A DNA stretch of 63,803 nucleotides, filler included, from Hausera hauseri (Eukaryota), in NCBI GenBank assembly GCA_046269625.1. It is 11 parts of 11 records of this genome, joined end to end, with 100 filler letters (N's around TTAATTAATTAA, not from the genome) between each part and the next. Parts side by side here need not be neighbours in the genome. Positions count along the whole stretch, not along the records: positions 32,440 to 37,932 come from JBJURY010242960.1; positions 38,033 to 42,099 come from JBJURY010783424.1; positions 42,200 to 47,129 come from JBJURY010388590.1; positions 47,230 to 51,400 come from JBJURY010722325.1; 7 more parts are not named here. One strand, written 5' to 3'. The notes under the pieces were generated by a model. That model made no database searches. It was not told where the DNA came from and worked only from the letters and a program-made list of their open reading frames with translations. The number at the start of each line of letters is the position of its first letter. The first letter of the stretch is position 1. Below, one piece after another: positions 35,793 through 48,360 of this stretch. A program made the translations under genes and the position numbers.

Positions 35793-37741
35793 TCTAATAT
35801 ACTTGTATATTCCCCGTTATAATTAAGAAACCAGGCAATGGAAGTAATGAAAGGTGTTGGACGTTTCATATGTAAGTTAAGTAGGTAGAAAATATTCCTT
35901 CGATCTCACCCATCCGCGTTGGGTGCGAGTTCCATAACCCTGAAACATCAATATATCAATTCGGAACTGTGGTCATCGAAACAGTCACTGGTGACCCTTG
36001 GCATGGCAACTGTTTCCATAGTAAACGGTAATCGATTAAGCGTGGAAATCAATAAATTGATTTTCGCAGATCGATAAATCTATGGTGAACTAATCAATAA
36101 ATCGATCAAGTGAAAGTGTTAGACGGTAGTGCTAATGTGTATGCATCGATCTGTAAACTTGAAACATTTGATGCACTATTCGAAATGGACAAGAATCGAT
36201 AATATTGGTTTGCCGATAACTCCAGTATATTCGAGCTTGAAAACCAGTCATATCAATCAAATAAAGTGTGCTCTATATAACCGCAAGCCGTTTTTAAATC
36301 GGTCAATTGAATTTGGAATAATATCGATTAGAAATTTGGTGGAACCGATACCCCATTCTTTATTCTGCCCCAAGGATGCAAAATTCAAAAAGTCTTTAAG
36401 CGTAGACAGATAGGAAACCATATATGGAGATTCCGAATCCGGTGTCCGTTGTTCGAAAATAAGTTTTAGAATTGAATAATTACAAACTCGAACCCGGAAA
36501 CTCGATGAACTGTATGTTATTCGAAGCATCTGACAATCCTATTAGATTCTCCATATAGGAAAACCTTACTACAGCATAATTGACGCCAGGCAATAAATCT
36601 ATGTTTATTAAATTAACATTATGCAATACAACGATACTTGTTTGTTTTAATTAACAACCAAAAATCTGAATTTCAAGGTGAATGACGCAGGAATCGTAAA
36701 ATCTTTAAGCGTAGATAGATAGGAAACTATATATGGAGAATCAGAATATGACGTCGGATATTCGTAAATAGGTTCACGAGTCAAGTATTCGAAGACTGCA
36801 ATGTTAAAAACTCGAAAGTTTGTGCAATTGATGCATTAAAACAATTTCAAATTTTGTTGCATCTGTGCAGCACGTTGTCAAAACAAGTGTAACAGGTTGA
36901 CAAAACAGGTTCATGCAATTGATGCATTGAAACAATTCCAAATTTTGTTGCATCTGCAATATTCGAAAATCGGTAAATATAAATTTCAAATTTTAATTAT
37001 ACGTCAATAAAATTCAAATTTTAAAATCTTTAAACGAGGCAGTGTGCGTTGACATTGTTATATTTTATTACTATTTCAGAAATCCTTCCGAAAAATGGTG
37101 AGTTTTTAATTTTGTTTACCTAAATTATCAATTTTATTTAACTCCTTTTAGTTTGATTTGTATATTTAGATCAATCGACTTCTTCATACATTCCCTTTAT
37201 TAGAGTATTTAATATTTTTACGTTAATTGTGACTGATTCTTATTATTGTTCTTCATCAAGAATTATTAGGGCTACCAATTCAAACATGATCTTCGATCAT
37301 TAACTTTTACTGTTGCTGTAAATAGTGAGTTAATTCTTAACACCGAACATATATCTCCAAAAAGAAATCAACTTTGCTATCAATTGAAACTTTCTTGTCA
37401 TCTATGGATCAATAAATATTTATTTTAATCTATTCATTTTTGAGCAAATAATTTAACCAATTTTCCCACATGTTTTTCTTGTTGTTTGATCCGTTCGAAT
37501 TTGTTCAGATGTTTTATGTGCATTTTTGGTACATATCAATAAATCTCCTTGTGATTATCACATTGTGTTGTAATTATATTTTATGTTTTTGCTGGTAAAT
37601 CGTACATGGATTTGATTTTTAAAATGGAACAGGAGCCAGGTCAGTTTGGTTAACCCATAGGTGATAAATATGTAAATGGCCCCGGGGTCAAAGGGTGAAG
37701 AGCCCGTCCTCTAACTGGTCCTTGGGTCTCTCTCTCTCCAG

Positions 37742-37932
37742 GGAAGCTGATCGAGTCGGGCGAGTTTGAGAGGAACCTGTACGGGACGAGCAGCGACTCT
37801 GTGCGGCAGGTTATCAACGCCGGGAAGATCTGCCTGCTGTGTCTGCACACACAGGTAGGTGGCGCTCTGGAGGCGCCGCTCCAGGCCCAGGCGACCTCTG
37901 ACCCTCTGCCCCCATCCCCAGGCCCTGAAGGT
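37742..37932 (+). CDS. MPP5: MAGUK p55-family guanylate-kinase-domain exon (37742-37854), 67-nt intron and start of the next exon; GC-rich, vertebrate (teleost-like)
   Basis: [38 protein letters not shown]|ALKV matches MPP5/PALS1 as recalled ([33 protein letters not shown]); canonical CAG and GT splice sites. Confidence 0.85.
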
Positions 37933-38374
37933 NNNNNNNNNNNNNNNNNNNNNNNNNNNNNNNNNNNNNNNNNNNNTTAATTAATTAANNNNNNNNNNNN
38001 NNNNNNNNNNNNNNNNNNNNNNNNNNNNNNNNTTGGTATGGACTTCATTGTGCTTCCATAAGTGATCATGGGTAAAGTAGCTAATAATCAATAATTCTAC
38101 GACACACGGTGAGAGGGTCGATGTAACAGATTACTTATGCAACGGTGTAACAACAAGCGGGTCGATTGTTCTTTTATAGAGATATTCTGGATTAATTTAT
38201 GTACACTATGTACGACACTATTTATTTTCTGCTGCTGCTACTGCTGCTGCTGCTGCTTGGTTTTATTTTTTACTTCAGACACATGATTGACACACGAAAA
38301 ACAGGGTTCAGAAATATACAAATGTGAATAATAATAATAATACAAATGCAAATAAGAATTAAAATTAAACAATT

Positions 38375-38593
38375 CCATTTATAAATATATTTCGATGGAT
38401 TAACCATCATCGTCAGTAAATTAATATTTTATAGAAACAAATTTTCCACTGCTTTTCACTAGTAAATTGCAATGTCAAACTCATAGATTCTATTTTACAT
38501 TGCAATTTACTAGAAAAAAGCAGTGGAAAAATTTTTTCTATAACATTAATTTACTGACAATGATGGTTAATCCATCGAAATATTTATAAATGG
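38375..38593. repeat. Long imperfect palindrome (~100-bp arms, ~13-nt loop), foldback/MITE-like
   Basis: CCATTTATAAATAT..TTCGATGGATTAACCATCAT...AGTAAATTGCAATGT is mirrored by ACATTGCAATTTACT...ATGATGGTTAATCCATCGAAATATTTATAAATGG. Confidence 0.92.
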
Positions 38594-39060
38594 CGTTTAT
38601 TTATTTTTTCTAAAAATTTGCCATTATTTTTCAGTTGAGTGTTTAAAGTAAATTGGCGGATGAACAAGTGCGAACAGGTATCTTATACCGCGTACGTTAT
38701 TATAAGTTCGTCAATGTAATTTCGCTGTTGTATCTTCGTCAGTATTATATATTTTGTTAGAAAGTTCAGGTTTTCATAAAAGGAAACTGTTGTCGATCTG
38801 ATTCGCTCGTCGCTCGGTGAACTCACAGATACTAGGAGTGTCTTATACTGTCGAATTTAAATGAAGCAGATTATCGCCATGCACAGGGATCGGCCGATCG
38901 TTGGATGATAGAGATAAAGAGAGGTACAGTAGATCGGTGGGTATGAATGACTGACCGCCCGAATCATTTATTTGAAATACTGATAGATCACCCTGTAGAT
39001 CTGATAAACCCAAAGCTTTGTTAAAATAATCAAACTGACGTTTACGAATCGGTCGTTTTA

Positions 39061-41210
39061 CAGGGTGCGATTAAAAAATGCTCAATTATTTTAAGTGCTT
39101 AGTAAAAAAGTTTAAAATTTTTTATATTTCCCGTCAGATGAGATGCCTTTGGTTAAAACATAGTACTTTTGAACTCTAAACCTTAATTTGTAAACAATCA
39201 ATAAAAATAATATGAAAACGTCTTCAAATCAATCAATTGTCGATATGTTTCATTCCGGAATAACCATCAAAGACGAATCGAAGGCTAATCGAAAAGCTTT
39301 CGTCGTTTTCCGTCTGCATAGAAATTGTCGAGATTGTCGACGGGTATGTAATAAGGATCATGCTTAGGCAGTTACCTTAGGTGGCGCACGCAGTGGCTAC
39401 ACTGCAGTAACTCACGCATCGTTCGGCAATCCGAATAGGATCGATGCGTAGTTTGACGATCCTGGCCGCGGTGTCGTCTTCTGTTGACGTTGGAGTTTTG
39501 CCGGTTTGGCCGTTGGCCGTCTCCAGCGGTGGATTCTCGTACTACAGCATGGTTCTCCATCTGCATCGTGTCTTCAGATTTGGCTGGTGAATGATCTTTG
39601 GAATTTGTATGGTATGGTCGTTGTCTCTGAAGATTTTTTCACCAGTACGGACCCTCGTTGGCGGAGACGAAAGCTTCGCTACCGTGTCTGGACCTCGGGT
39701 GATTAGTTCACCGGGCCGATGTCCTGGGCCTCGTAAAATCAATTGTTCTTTCTGGGCTACTGCTATTTTTCGTAAGCTTTGTTGATGCATTGTGAATTGA
39801 ATTTTTTGAGTGATTTCCTTTTTTGTTTGATTGACTGTTTTTTGCTACGTTTTTTCCTTTTTGCTAATTGAATGAATCTGATTTTTGATTGTAGACTTTC
39901 TTTGATGTTCAAATCTTGATTATTTATATAGTAAGCGCGTTACATAATAGTCAAGAGTTGTCGCGCAATTTCTCATATTTACTAGCTGGTGGCTAGTATC
40001 TGTGTGAGATTTTACTCGTTGTCGGGTAGTTTTTTAGAGTGTTACGAAATGAAGTAACTTTAATTTAATTTTTATTGTAGAGCAATTGGTAATGCCGTAG
40101 ATGCTTTTATGAAAAGCAGAAAAGCAGGGTGATTTGTATAGATTACGGTGGGTGCAATTCCCACCTGCTTTATGATTATTGTCAGTATGATTTTTTGTCT
40201 AGTAATTTTTACGAAATCAAAAATTTTCAAATTTAATTTTTAATTTATTTTATGATTTATTATTTTAACGGAGCTGTGTTTGATATTTATTTTGGATTTT
40301 AAAATTTCTGTGATTGTAAGGTGGAACCGTACTCCGGGGGTAAGCAACTTCACGATTCGGATGGTGGTGAAGGAAGACTTCAAGGCCAAGTCAAGGGCCA
40401 GGACAAAGAGACAGCTGATCATAACAAGCCAGAATAAAGCCAGACTAGAAAGAATTAAGAAGTTGCTCCAGATTCTGAAGAGAGGCATGCCTGCCATGCT
40501 CTTCACAGATGATAAGGAATTCATCGTCGACTCTGCCTCCAACAGACGGAATGGTAGGTACATCAGTAGGGATGACCCAAAGGATGTTCATGACAATGTT
40601 AAACATATATTTTAAACTACGTATTCGGCCTTAGTCATGATGTTGGCCTGGTCTCCTCTGATGGTAAGAAAATGCCTCAGGGCTTCTTCATAAAGAACGA
40701 AAAAGTGACCAAGGAAGTGTATCTGGAGTTTATGAAGAATGATGTTAAGCTCTGGATTGACTCCAACTACACAAAGGAGGCCAACATCGTCTTCGGGCAG
40801 GACGGGCTCCGGCCCACACTTCGAACTTGGTCCAGAATTGGCTTGAGAAAAACATGAAATATTTCTGATCTAAAGCAATGTGGCCAGCCAGCTCTCCGGA
40901 TTTGAATCCCCTGGTTTATTCAATATTGGCGTATGTTGAGGTCAAGGCCAACACCAACAGCTTGAAGAAGTACATCATCAAGGAGTGGACAAACATGTTA
41001 TAGGAGTACATTCTGACAACTTGTTCCAAGTTTCGACCTCGTCTTGAGGCTGTAATTGCTGCTGAAGCGGGACACTTTGAACAATTATATTCTATATTTA
41101 TTGCAAAATAAATAATATTATATAATCTTTTTGTCTTGGAAACTCCTTATGATTCTGACTCCAGTTCCAGATTATGTTAGGCTTATAGAGCGTTTTTTAA
41201 TCGCACCCTG
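39061..41210 (+). mobile_element. Tc1/mariner transposon, maT/DD37D-like, both TIRs intact, transposase decayed and interrupted
   Basis: TIRs CAGGGTGCGATTAAAAAATGCTC and GAGCGTTTTTTAATCGCACCCTG, each flanked by TA; transposase motifs LFTDDKEF, VFGQDG, WPASSPDLNPL in 40325-41090. Confidence 0.92.
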
Positions 41211-41859
41211 TACATTTAATGCTTGACAATGAACAATATTTTTCAAAATTCCATTATTTTCGGCCGTTGCCATATCTAAATGTGGAACACTGTTATCTGT
41301 ATTAAAAAGCAAATTTGTCGGTCGAGAATGTTATTCGTAACGACGATATTTGCGATTATTTTTCAAACGTAAATGCTTTGCACACACTTTGCTAATTAAT
41401 TTTATTTTATCCAAATGTTCTGATTTGCCACGTTTCAAATACCACCGTAGTAATTTAACTGTAGCAAATCCATTGCCAAATTCTGTATATCGTTGGTTTC
41501 GTTTGATGAATATATCAACTGTGTTTCTATAACATGATTTAACAGCTTTAATTTTCGATATGAAATTCGGTAAAACCTTTGCACCATATGTTGCATCTGT
41601 ATAAAGATCTTTTAGTTTACAAGCAGCTTCCTGAAACAAATCCCATTGCTTGACTAAATCAATATTTTCCAAATATTTGAATTCATTTTTGAGATAAAAT
41701 TCCGTTGAATCAAATGAATAATTTAATCATGCAATTATAAGACAGTTTTCTTGTAAGACCGTCGAACGGCAAACACACAAGTTTCTACTTATTCAAATAT
41801 TAAAAGAAGAAATAGCTTTTTTGAACAAATCACCCATTGGGTGAACGTGGGCACCACGT

Positions 41860-42099
41860 TCTCCATCACATACAGCCTGACAAACTGGACAGATATAAAT
41901 GATCCTATTTAATTTGTGTCCATAATAACTCCTCATGGCATTATGGCAATTCTGAGGGTTGTGTATTACTCATGTGCAATACACATGTGAACTGCATCAT
42001 TGATTTTCCTTTGACACAAAAATCGTTATTGGCATATTGGTACTGAATATTTGTTTTTTCGACTTGGTGAAGGAAATCAAGTGCTGTTTATGGACATTG
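41860..42099 (-). pseudogene. Copy of the Cys/His module from the pPolB N-terminus
   Basis: High nucleotide similarity to ~26170-26400 (GTCCATAATA.CTCCTCATGGCATT.TGGCAATTCTGAGGGTTG). Confidence 0.85.
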
Positions 42100-42319
42100 N
42101 NNNNNNNNNNNNNNNNNNNNNNNNNNNNNNNNNNNNNNNNNNNTTAATTAATTAANNNNNNNNNNNNNNNNNNNNNNNNNNNNNNNNNNNNNNNNNNNNT
42201 GGGTCAGTCCAAAATTTTTTTCGACTCAACTCATCCCGCTGAGTCCAAATATGCAGGTGTCCGGAACTGGGTCAGTCCAAATTTTTTTTTTTTTTTCGAC
42301 TCAACTCATCCCGCTGAGG

Positions 42320-42690
42320 ACAATGTCACGTGTGTGAGTCTAGACAATGTCACGTGTGTGAGTCTAGACAATGTCACGTGTGTGAGTCCAGACAAAGTCA
42401 CGTGAGAATAACGAATGTCTGGTGACTTTTCGCACGCATCGCGTGATCAATCACGTGACGCGTGTGAGTCTAGACAATGTCACGTGTGAGCCTCGACAAT
42501 GTCACGTGAGAATAACTATTAAAAGTAACAAATGTCTGGTGACTTTCCGCACGCACCGCGTGACCAATCACGTGCACGCGTGGGCGATCACGTGACGCGT
42601 GTGCGGATCACGTGACCAATCACGTGACGCGTGGGCGGATCACGTGACCAATCACGTGACGCGTGGGCGGATCACGTGATGCGTGGGCGG
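42320..42690. repeat. Dense CACGTG (E-box) minisatellite followed by a C-tract
   Basis: Units such as GACAATGTCACGTGTGTGAGTCTA and GGATCACGTGACCAATCACGTGACGCGTGGGC; more than ten CACGTG sites. Confidence 0.9.
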
Positions 42691-42956
42691 ACCCCCCCCT
42701 CCCCCCTTGTTCCAGAACCCGCTTTTTTCCCCTACTCATATTTCATTTGGGAGCCGTTTAATTTCATCTTCTAAATCTATTTTGTAATACTAAGTATCTA
42801 GATAATTTCGAAAAACAGATTTAAAATCATACCATTTGTCGTACTATTCCTTGAAACAACGCAATGTTTGTTTGAAGGCCCATATATATACCCAACAACC
42901 AAAATTAAAACAATTTTTGACACAAACCGACCAATCAGATTGAACCAAGAGAGATT

Positions 42957-43223
42957 GGAATAGTGAAACCATGACCAGATAAGAAAATGATTTGTCCACA
43001 ATTTAAATTTTTTTCCACGCGAAATTCAAATTTTTACACGTACATAAAATCCATACAGTACGCCCAACTGTGTATATCCACTTTCTGACTGGCTCCTATT
43101 TCCGCCCTATTATCCGTGTGTGTGTGTGTATCATTTTTTCTACCCCATGAATCATCCGCGAACCAAATCTTTGCTCTTTCACTCGGGGGGGTCTGATCTG
43201 GTGCACTCCTATCCATCTACTCT
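42957..43223 (-). repeat. Polinton-type terminal sequence (putative TIR) abutting the satellite
   Basis: Homologous to 22297-22578; reads inward from AGAGTAGATGG, followed inward by CCAAT-box and TATA-like motifs at ~42880-42960. Confidence 0.7.
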
Positions 43224-46200
43224 CGAAGGATTCAGTACCAGTACTTCAACTTACGTAGACTTACGTGACTTCCGTCATCATTAATAATAGTTTATTTCTT
43301 CATTCTTATTAAATAATTTTACCTAACCTTGGTTCAATAGTTTCTCACCGCCCATTGAGAAAGGTTAGTCTTGACTAAAATAAATACTTATAGTTGCTAC
43401 ATTTTGTAGAAAACTTTTAAAAGGCACTCAACACTCGAAGCATTCACAAGCACGTCAACTTCCGTAGACTTACGTAACTTCCTCATCACTAATAATTGTT
43501 TATTTGTTTACTGTTATAAATTATCTTATCTAACCTTCGTTCAATAGGTTTTCATTGCCCCTTAATGAGACAGCCATCACTAAGCTTAAATCGTACTTAA
43601 CTATGAGGTTACAGAAAAATTTTAGAACAGCCATGCTCGAAGCATTCAGTACAAGCACGTTAACTAACGTAGATTTACGCAGCTTCCGTCGTCAGTAATA
43701 ATGACTTATTTGTTTCTTGTTATTAAATTATTTTATCTAACCTTCGTTCAATAGTTTCTCACCGGCCTTCAGGAAGGTTAGTATTCACTAAAATAAAATC
43801 ATACTTATAGTTGATATAGTTTGTAGAAAACTTTTAAAAGGCAGTCAATACTCGAACCATTAAGTACCAAAACGCAAACTTACGTAACTATCCTCGTAAT
43901 AAATAATGCTTTATTTGTTTATTGTTAATAAATTAATTTATCTAACCTTCGGCCAATAGTTTCGCACGGCCCCTTAAGGAAGGTTAGTCATCACTAAAAT
44001 AAAATCATACTTATAGTGGCTATAGTTTGAAGAAAACTTAAAAAGCAGTCAATATTCGAAGCATTCAGTACCAAAATGTTAACTTACCTAGACTTATAAC
44101 TTCCGTCGTCAATAATAAAGGTTTATTTAGTTATTGTTATTATGTTATCTAACCTTCTTTCAATTATTTCGCACCGCTCCTTAAAGACGGTTAGTAATCG
44201 CTAAGCTTAAATCGTACTTAACATGTCATAGAAAAATTTTAAAACAGCAATGCTCCAAGGAATCAGTACCATCACGTCAATTTACGTAGACTTAAGTAAC
44301 TTCCGTCATCAATAATAATGGTTTATTTTTTTACTGTATTAAATTATTTTATCTAACATTCATTCAATAGTTTATCACCGCCCCTTAAGGAAAGTAAGCC
44401 ATCACTAAGCTTACATCATACTTAACTCATGAAGTTATTGAAAAATGTTAGAACAGCCATGCTCGAAGCATTCAGTATCAGCACGTTAACTAACGTAGAT
44501 TTACGCAGCTTCCGTCATCAGTAATAATGGTTTATTTGTTTATTGTTATTAAATTACTTTAACTAACGTTAAATAAATAGTTTCTCACCGCCCATTAAGG
44601 CTAGTCATCACTAAAATAAAATCATACTTATAGTGGCTACATTTTGAGGAAAACTTTTAAAAAGCACTCAATGCTCGAAGCATTCAGTACCAGAACGATC
44701 ACTTACGTAAACTTACGTAACTTCCGTAGTCATTAATAATGGTTTATTTGTTTATTGTTATAAAATAATTTAACCAACTTTCGTTCGATAGTTTTTCACC
44801 GCACCTTAACGAAGGATTGTCATCACTAAAATAAAATCATACTTATAGTGGTTACATTTTATGGAAAACTTTAAAAAAGCACTCAATGCTCAAAGAATTC
44901 AGTACCAGCACATCGAATTACGTAAATTTACGCAGATTCCGTCGCCAGTAATAAAAGTTAATTTCTTTATTGTTATTAAATTATTTTATCCAAACTTCCT
45001 TCAACAGTTCCTCACCGCCCCCCGAGGAAAGTTAGCCTTCGTTAAAATAAATAATACTTAATTGCCATAGTTTGTACAAAACTTTTAAAAAGCACTCAAT
45101 GCTCAAAGCATTCAGTACCAGCACGTCCACTGACGTCGACTTACGTAACTTCCGTCATCACTAATAATGGTTTATTTGTTTAGTGTTATTAAATTATTTT
45201 ATGCAACCTTCGTTCAAGTTATTCACTGCCCATTAAAAAAAGTTAGCCATCAGTAAGCTTAAATCGTACTTAACTTATAAAGTCATAAAAGAATTTCACA
45301 ACAGCCATGCTCGAAACATTCAGTATCAGCACGTTAACTAACGTAGATTTACGCAGCTTCCGTCGTCAATAATAGAAGCTTATTTCTTTATTGTTATTAA
45401 ATTATTTTATCTAACCTTCGTTCAATAGTTTTTCACCGCCCCTTAAGGAAAGTTAGCCATCACTAAGCTTAAATCATACTTAACTTATGAGCTTACAGAA
45501 AAATTGTAGAACAGCCATGTTCGAAGCATTCAGTATCAGCACGTTAACTAACGTAGATTTACGCATCTTCCGTCGTCAGTAATAATGGCTTATTTGTTTC
45601 TTATTAAATTATTTTATCTAACCTTCGTTCAATAGTTTCTCACCGCCCCTTAAGGAAAGTTAGCCATCACTAAGCTTAAATAGTACTTAACTTATGAAGT
45701 TATAAAAAAATTTTACAACAGCCATGCTCGAAGCATTCAGTATCAGCACGTTAACTAACGTAGATTTACGATGCTTCTGTCGTCAGTAATAATGTTTTAT
45801 TTGTTTATTGTAATTAAATTATTCTATCTAACCTTCGTTCAATAGTTTCTCACCGCCCCTTAAGGATAGTTAGATATCACTAAAATTAAATCATACTTAT
45901 AATGCCTACATTTTGAGGGAAACTTAACAGGCAGTCAATGCTCGAAGCATTCAGTACAATAACGTTAACTTACGTAAACTTTCGTAACTTCCCTCGTCAT
46001 TAATAATGGTTTATTTGTTGATTTTTAAATTATTTTATGTAACTTTCGTTCAATAGTTTCTCACCGCCCATTAAGGAAGCTTAGTCATCACTAAAATAAA
46101 ATCATACTTATAGTAGATACAATTTGTAGAAAACTTTTCAAAAGCAGTCAATGTTCGAAGCATTCAGTATCAGCACGTTAACTAACGTACATTTACGCAG

Positions 46201-47129
46201 CTTCCGTCGTCAGTAATAATGGTTTATTTGTTTATTATTATTAAATTATTTTACCTAACCTTCGTTCAATAGTTTCTCACCGCCCATTAAGGAAGGTTAG
46301 TCATCACTAAAATAAAATCATACTTATAGCGGCTACATTAGAAAAAAACTTTTAAAAAGCACTGAGTGCTCGAAGCATTCAGTACCTCCACGTCAACTGA
46401 CGTAGACTTACGTAACTTCCGTCATCACTAATAATGGTTTATTTGTTTAGTGTTATTAAATTATTTTATCCAACCTTCGTTCAAGTTATTCACCGCCCCT
46501 TAAAAAAAGTTAGCCATCACTAAGCTTAAATCGTACTTAACTTATAAAGTTATAAAAGAATTTTAGAACAGCCATTCTCGAAACATTCAGTATCAGCACG
46601 TTAACTAACGTAGATTTACGCAGCTTCCGTCGTCAGTAATAATGGTTTATTCGTTTCTTGTTATTAAATTATTTTATCTAACCTTCGTTCAATAGTTTCT
46701 CACCGCCCATTAAGGAAGGTTAGTCATCACTAAAATAAAATCATACTTATAGTGGCTACATTTTCAGGAAAACTTAAAAAATCACTAAATGCTCGAACCA
46801 TTATTCAGTACTAGCACGTCAACTTACGTAGACTTACGTAACTTCCGGCATCAATAGTAACAGTTATTTCTTCATTGTTATTAAATTATTTTATCTAACC
46901 TTCGTTCAATAGTTTCTCACCGCCCCTTAAGGAAGGTTAGTCGTCACTAAAATAAAATCATACTTATAGTTGATATAGTTTGTAGAAAACTTTTAAAAAG
47001 CACTCAATGCTCCAAACATTCAGTACCAGCACGTCAACTTACGTAGATTTGAGCAGCTTCCGTCGTCAATAATAGAAGCTTATTTCTTTATTGTTATTAA
47101 ATTATTTTATCTAACCTTCGTTCAATAGT
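43223..47129. repeat. ~210-bp satellite, ~18.5 monomers of two variants
   Basis: The TCGAAGCATTCAGTA anchor recurs 19 times (43223, 43435, 43637 ... 46793, 47011) at 198-218 bp spacing; the array runs into the gap. Confidence 0.97.
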
Positions 47130-47819
47130 NNNNNNNNNNNNNNNNNNNNNNNNNNNNNNNNNNNNNNNNNNNNTTAATTAATTAANNNNNNNNNNNNNNN
47201 NNNNNNNNNNNNNNNNNNNNNNNNNNNNNGAAAAAACAGATTTCAGGTGCCCCCCCCCCCCCCCCCCCCCCACAGCGAGGTGAACTGGCGCTTAGAGCTG
47301 CTGACCTTCACCTTGACCGTAAGAATGCCAAACCATTTGGCTACTGACAAGCCCCGAGACTAGCATAGCAGTCATGTGAACTTAATCATGCCCAGAAACG
47401 CCACAGGTCAATCGCTAATGAAAAAACGAACACACGTACAAATAATAATGTAACCCAAGATGATCTTTGTATTCATACCAGCCCATAAATCCATTTTTTA
47501 ACACAAACTCCGTCACTGACCTTCACCGGCCGATTTATTTTGGGTCCAATAACACCACCGTGATGCACGATATTACGAAAAAAGCCGTTCCAAGGTTTAA
47601 TTGGCGCCCACACAAGGGTCACTTTACTCTCTCCGGTATATTGATTAATTTCTCTGGTTTTTCTGGTTCCAGTCTCATTGTTTCTAATCTGGGATACGTT
47701 GTTAGTTTTTGTGCGGTCTTGTGTGGGCTTGTTTTTGTTTCTTTCCCTTCCGTGATTAATATGTTCGCGTGTATGTGTGTGTTTTCATCCGAGTGGACTA
47801 CAGGACTGGTGATAATACA

Positions 47820-48360
47820 CACGTGTATTGAAAATATTTCAAACTTCGAGTATCTGGACGCCACAATATACAACAATGGGGATTGATCAAGGGAAGTGAG
47901 AAGGAGATCAGCCATAGCAATGCAGAGGTTAACTAGTATGAAGAATCTATGGCAAGCTAAACAAAATAAAGCTTCTTATAGCATGTATTTTCCCTGTGGT
48001 GACCTATGGACGCGAATCACGGACACACAAGCAGTAAAGACAAATATACACTCATTCGAAACAAAGTGCTGCAGGAAAGAATATCATTGACTAAAAAGAA
48101 AAAAAAAAACAAAGATATACTTCAAGAACTGAACGTCACGAGCAACTGGATCATCAAAAGTGTCAAGTCTCGAAAATGTTAAACTTCATGGTGGCCTGGA
48201 GAGAACAGTAAGAGAAGGTACTGTAGACCAAGACGGCATTGAACACAAGACAGCAAGGAAAACTTGTGAAAGGCAGGCGAGCTGACTAGAGACAGAGAAT
48301 CTTGCAGACGGGCTGTAATGAGAGCGATGTTCTGCAAAGGACATGCCACATGATGATGAC
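47820..48360 (+). mobile_element. Decayed 3' part of an RTE-type LINE
   Basis: IENISNFEYL..I.NNG...EVRRR.AIA...L..LW...IHSFETKC.R, and a short (TGA)n tail near 48350. Confidence 0.7.

Noticed and set aside
38975-38998. Second mariner-like end (CACCCTG-TA)
   Set aside because: No partner TIR found in the contig.
43223-47129. CRISPR-like array
   Set aside because: Whole ~210-bp monomers are homologous; there are no unique spacers and no cas genes.
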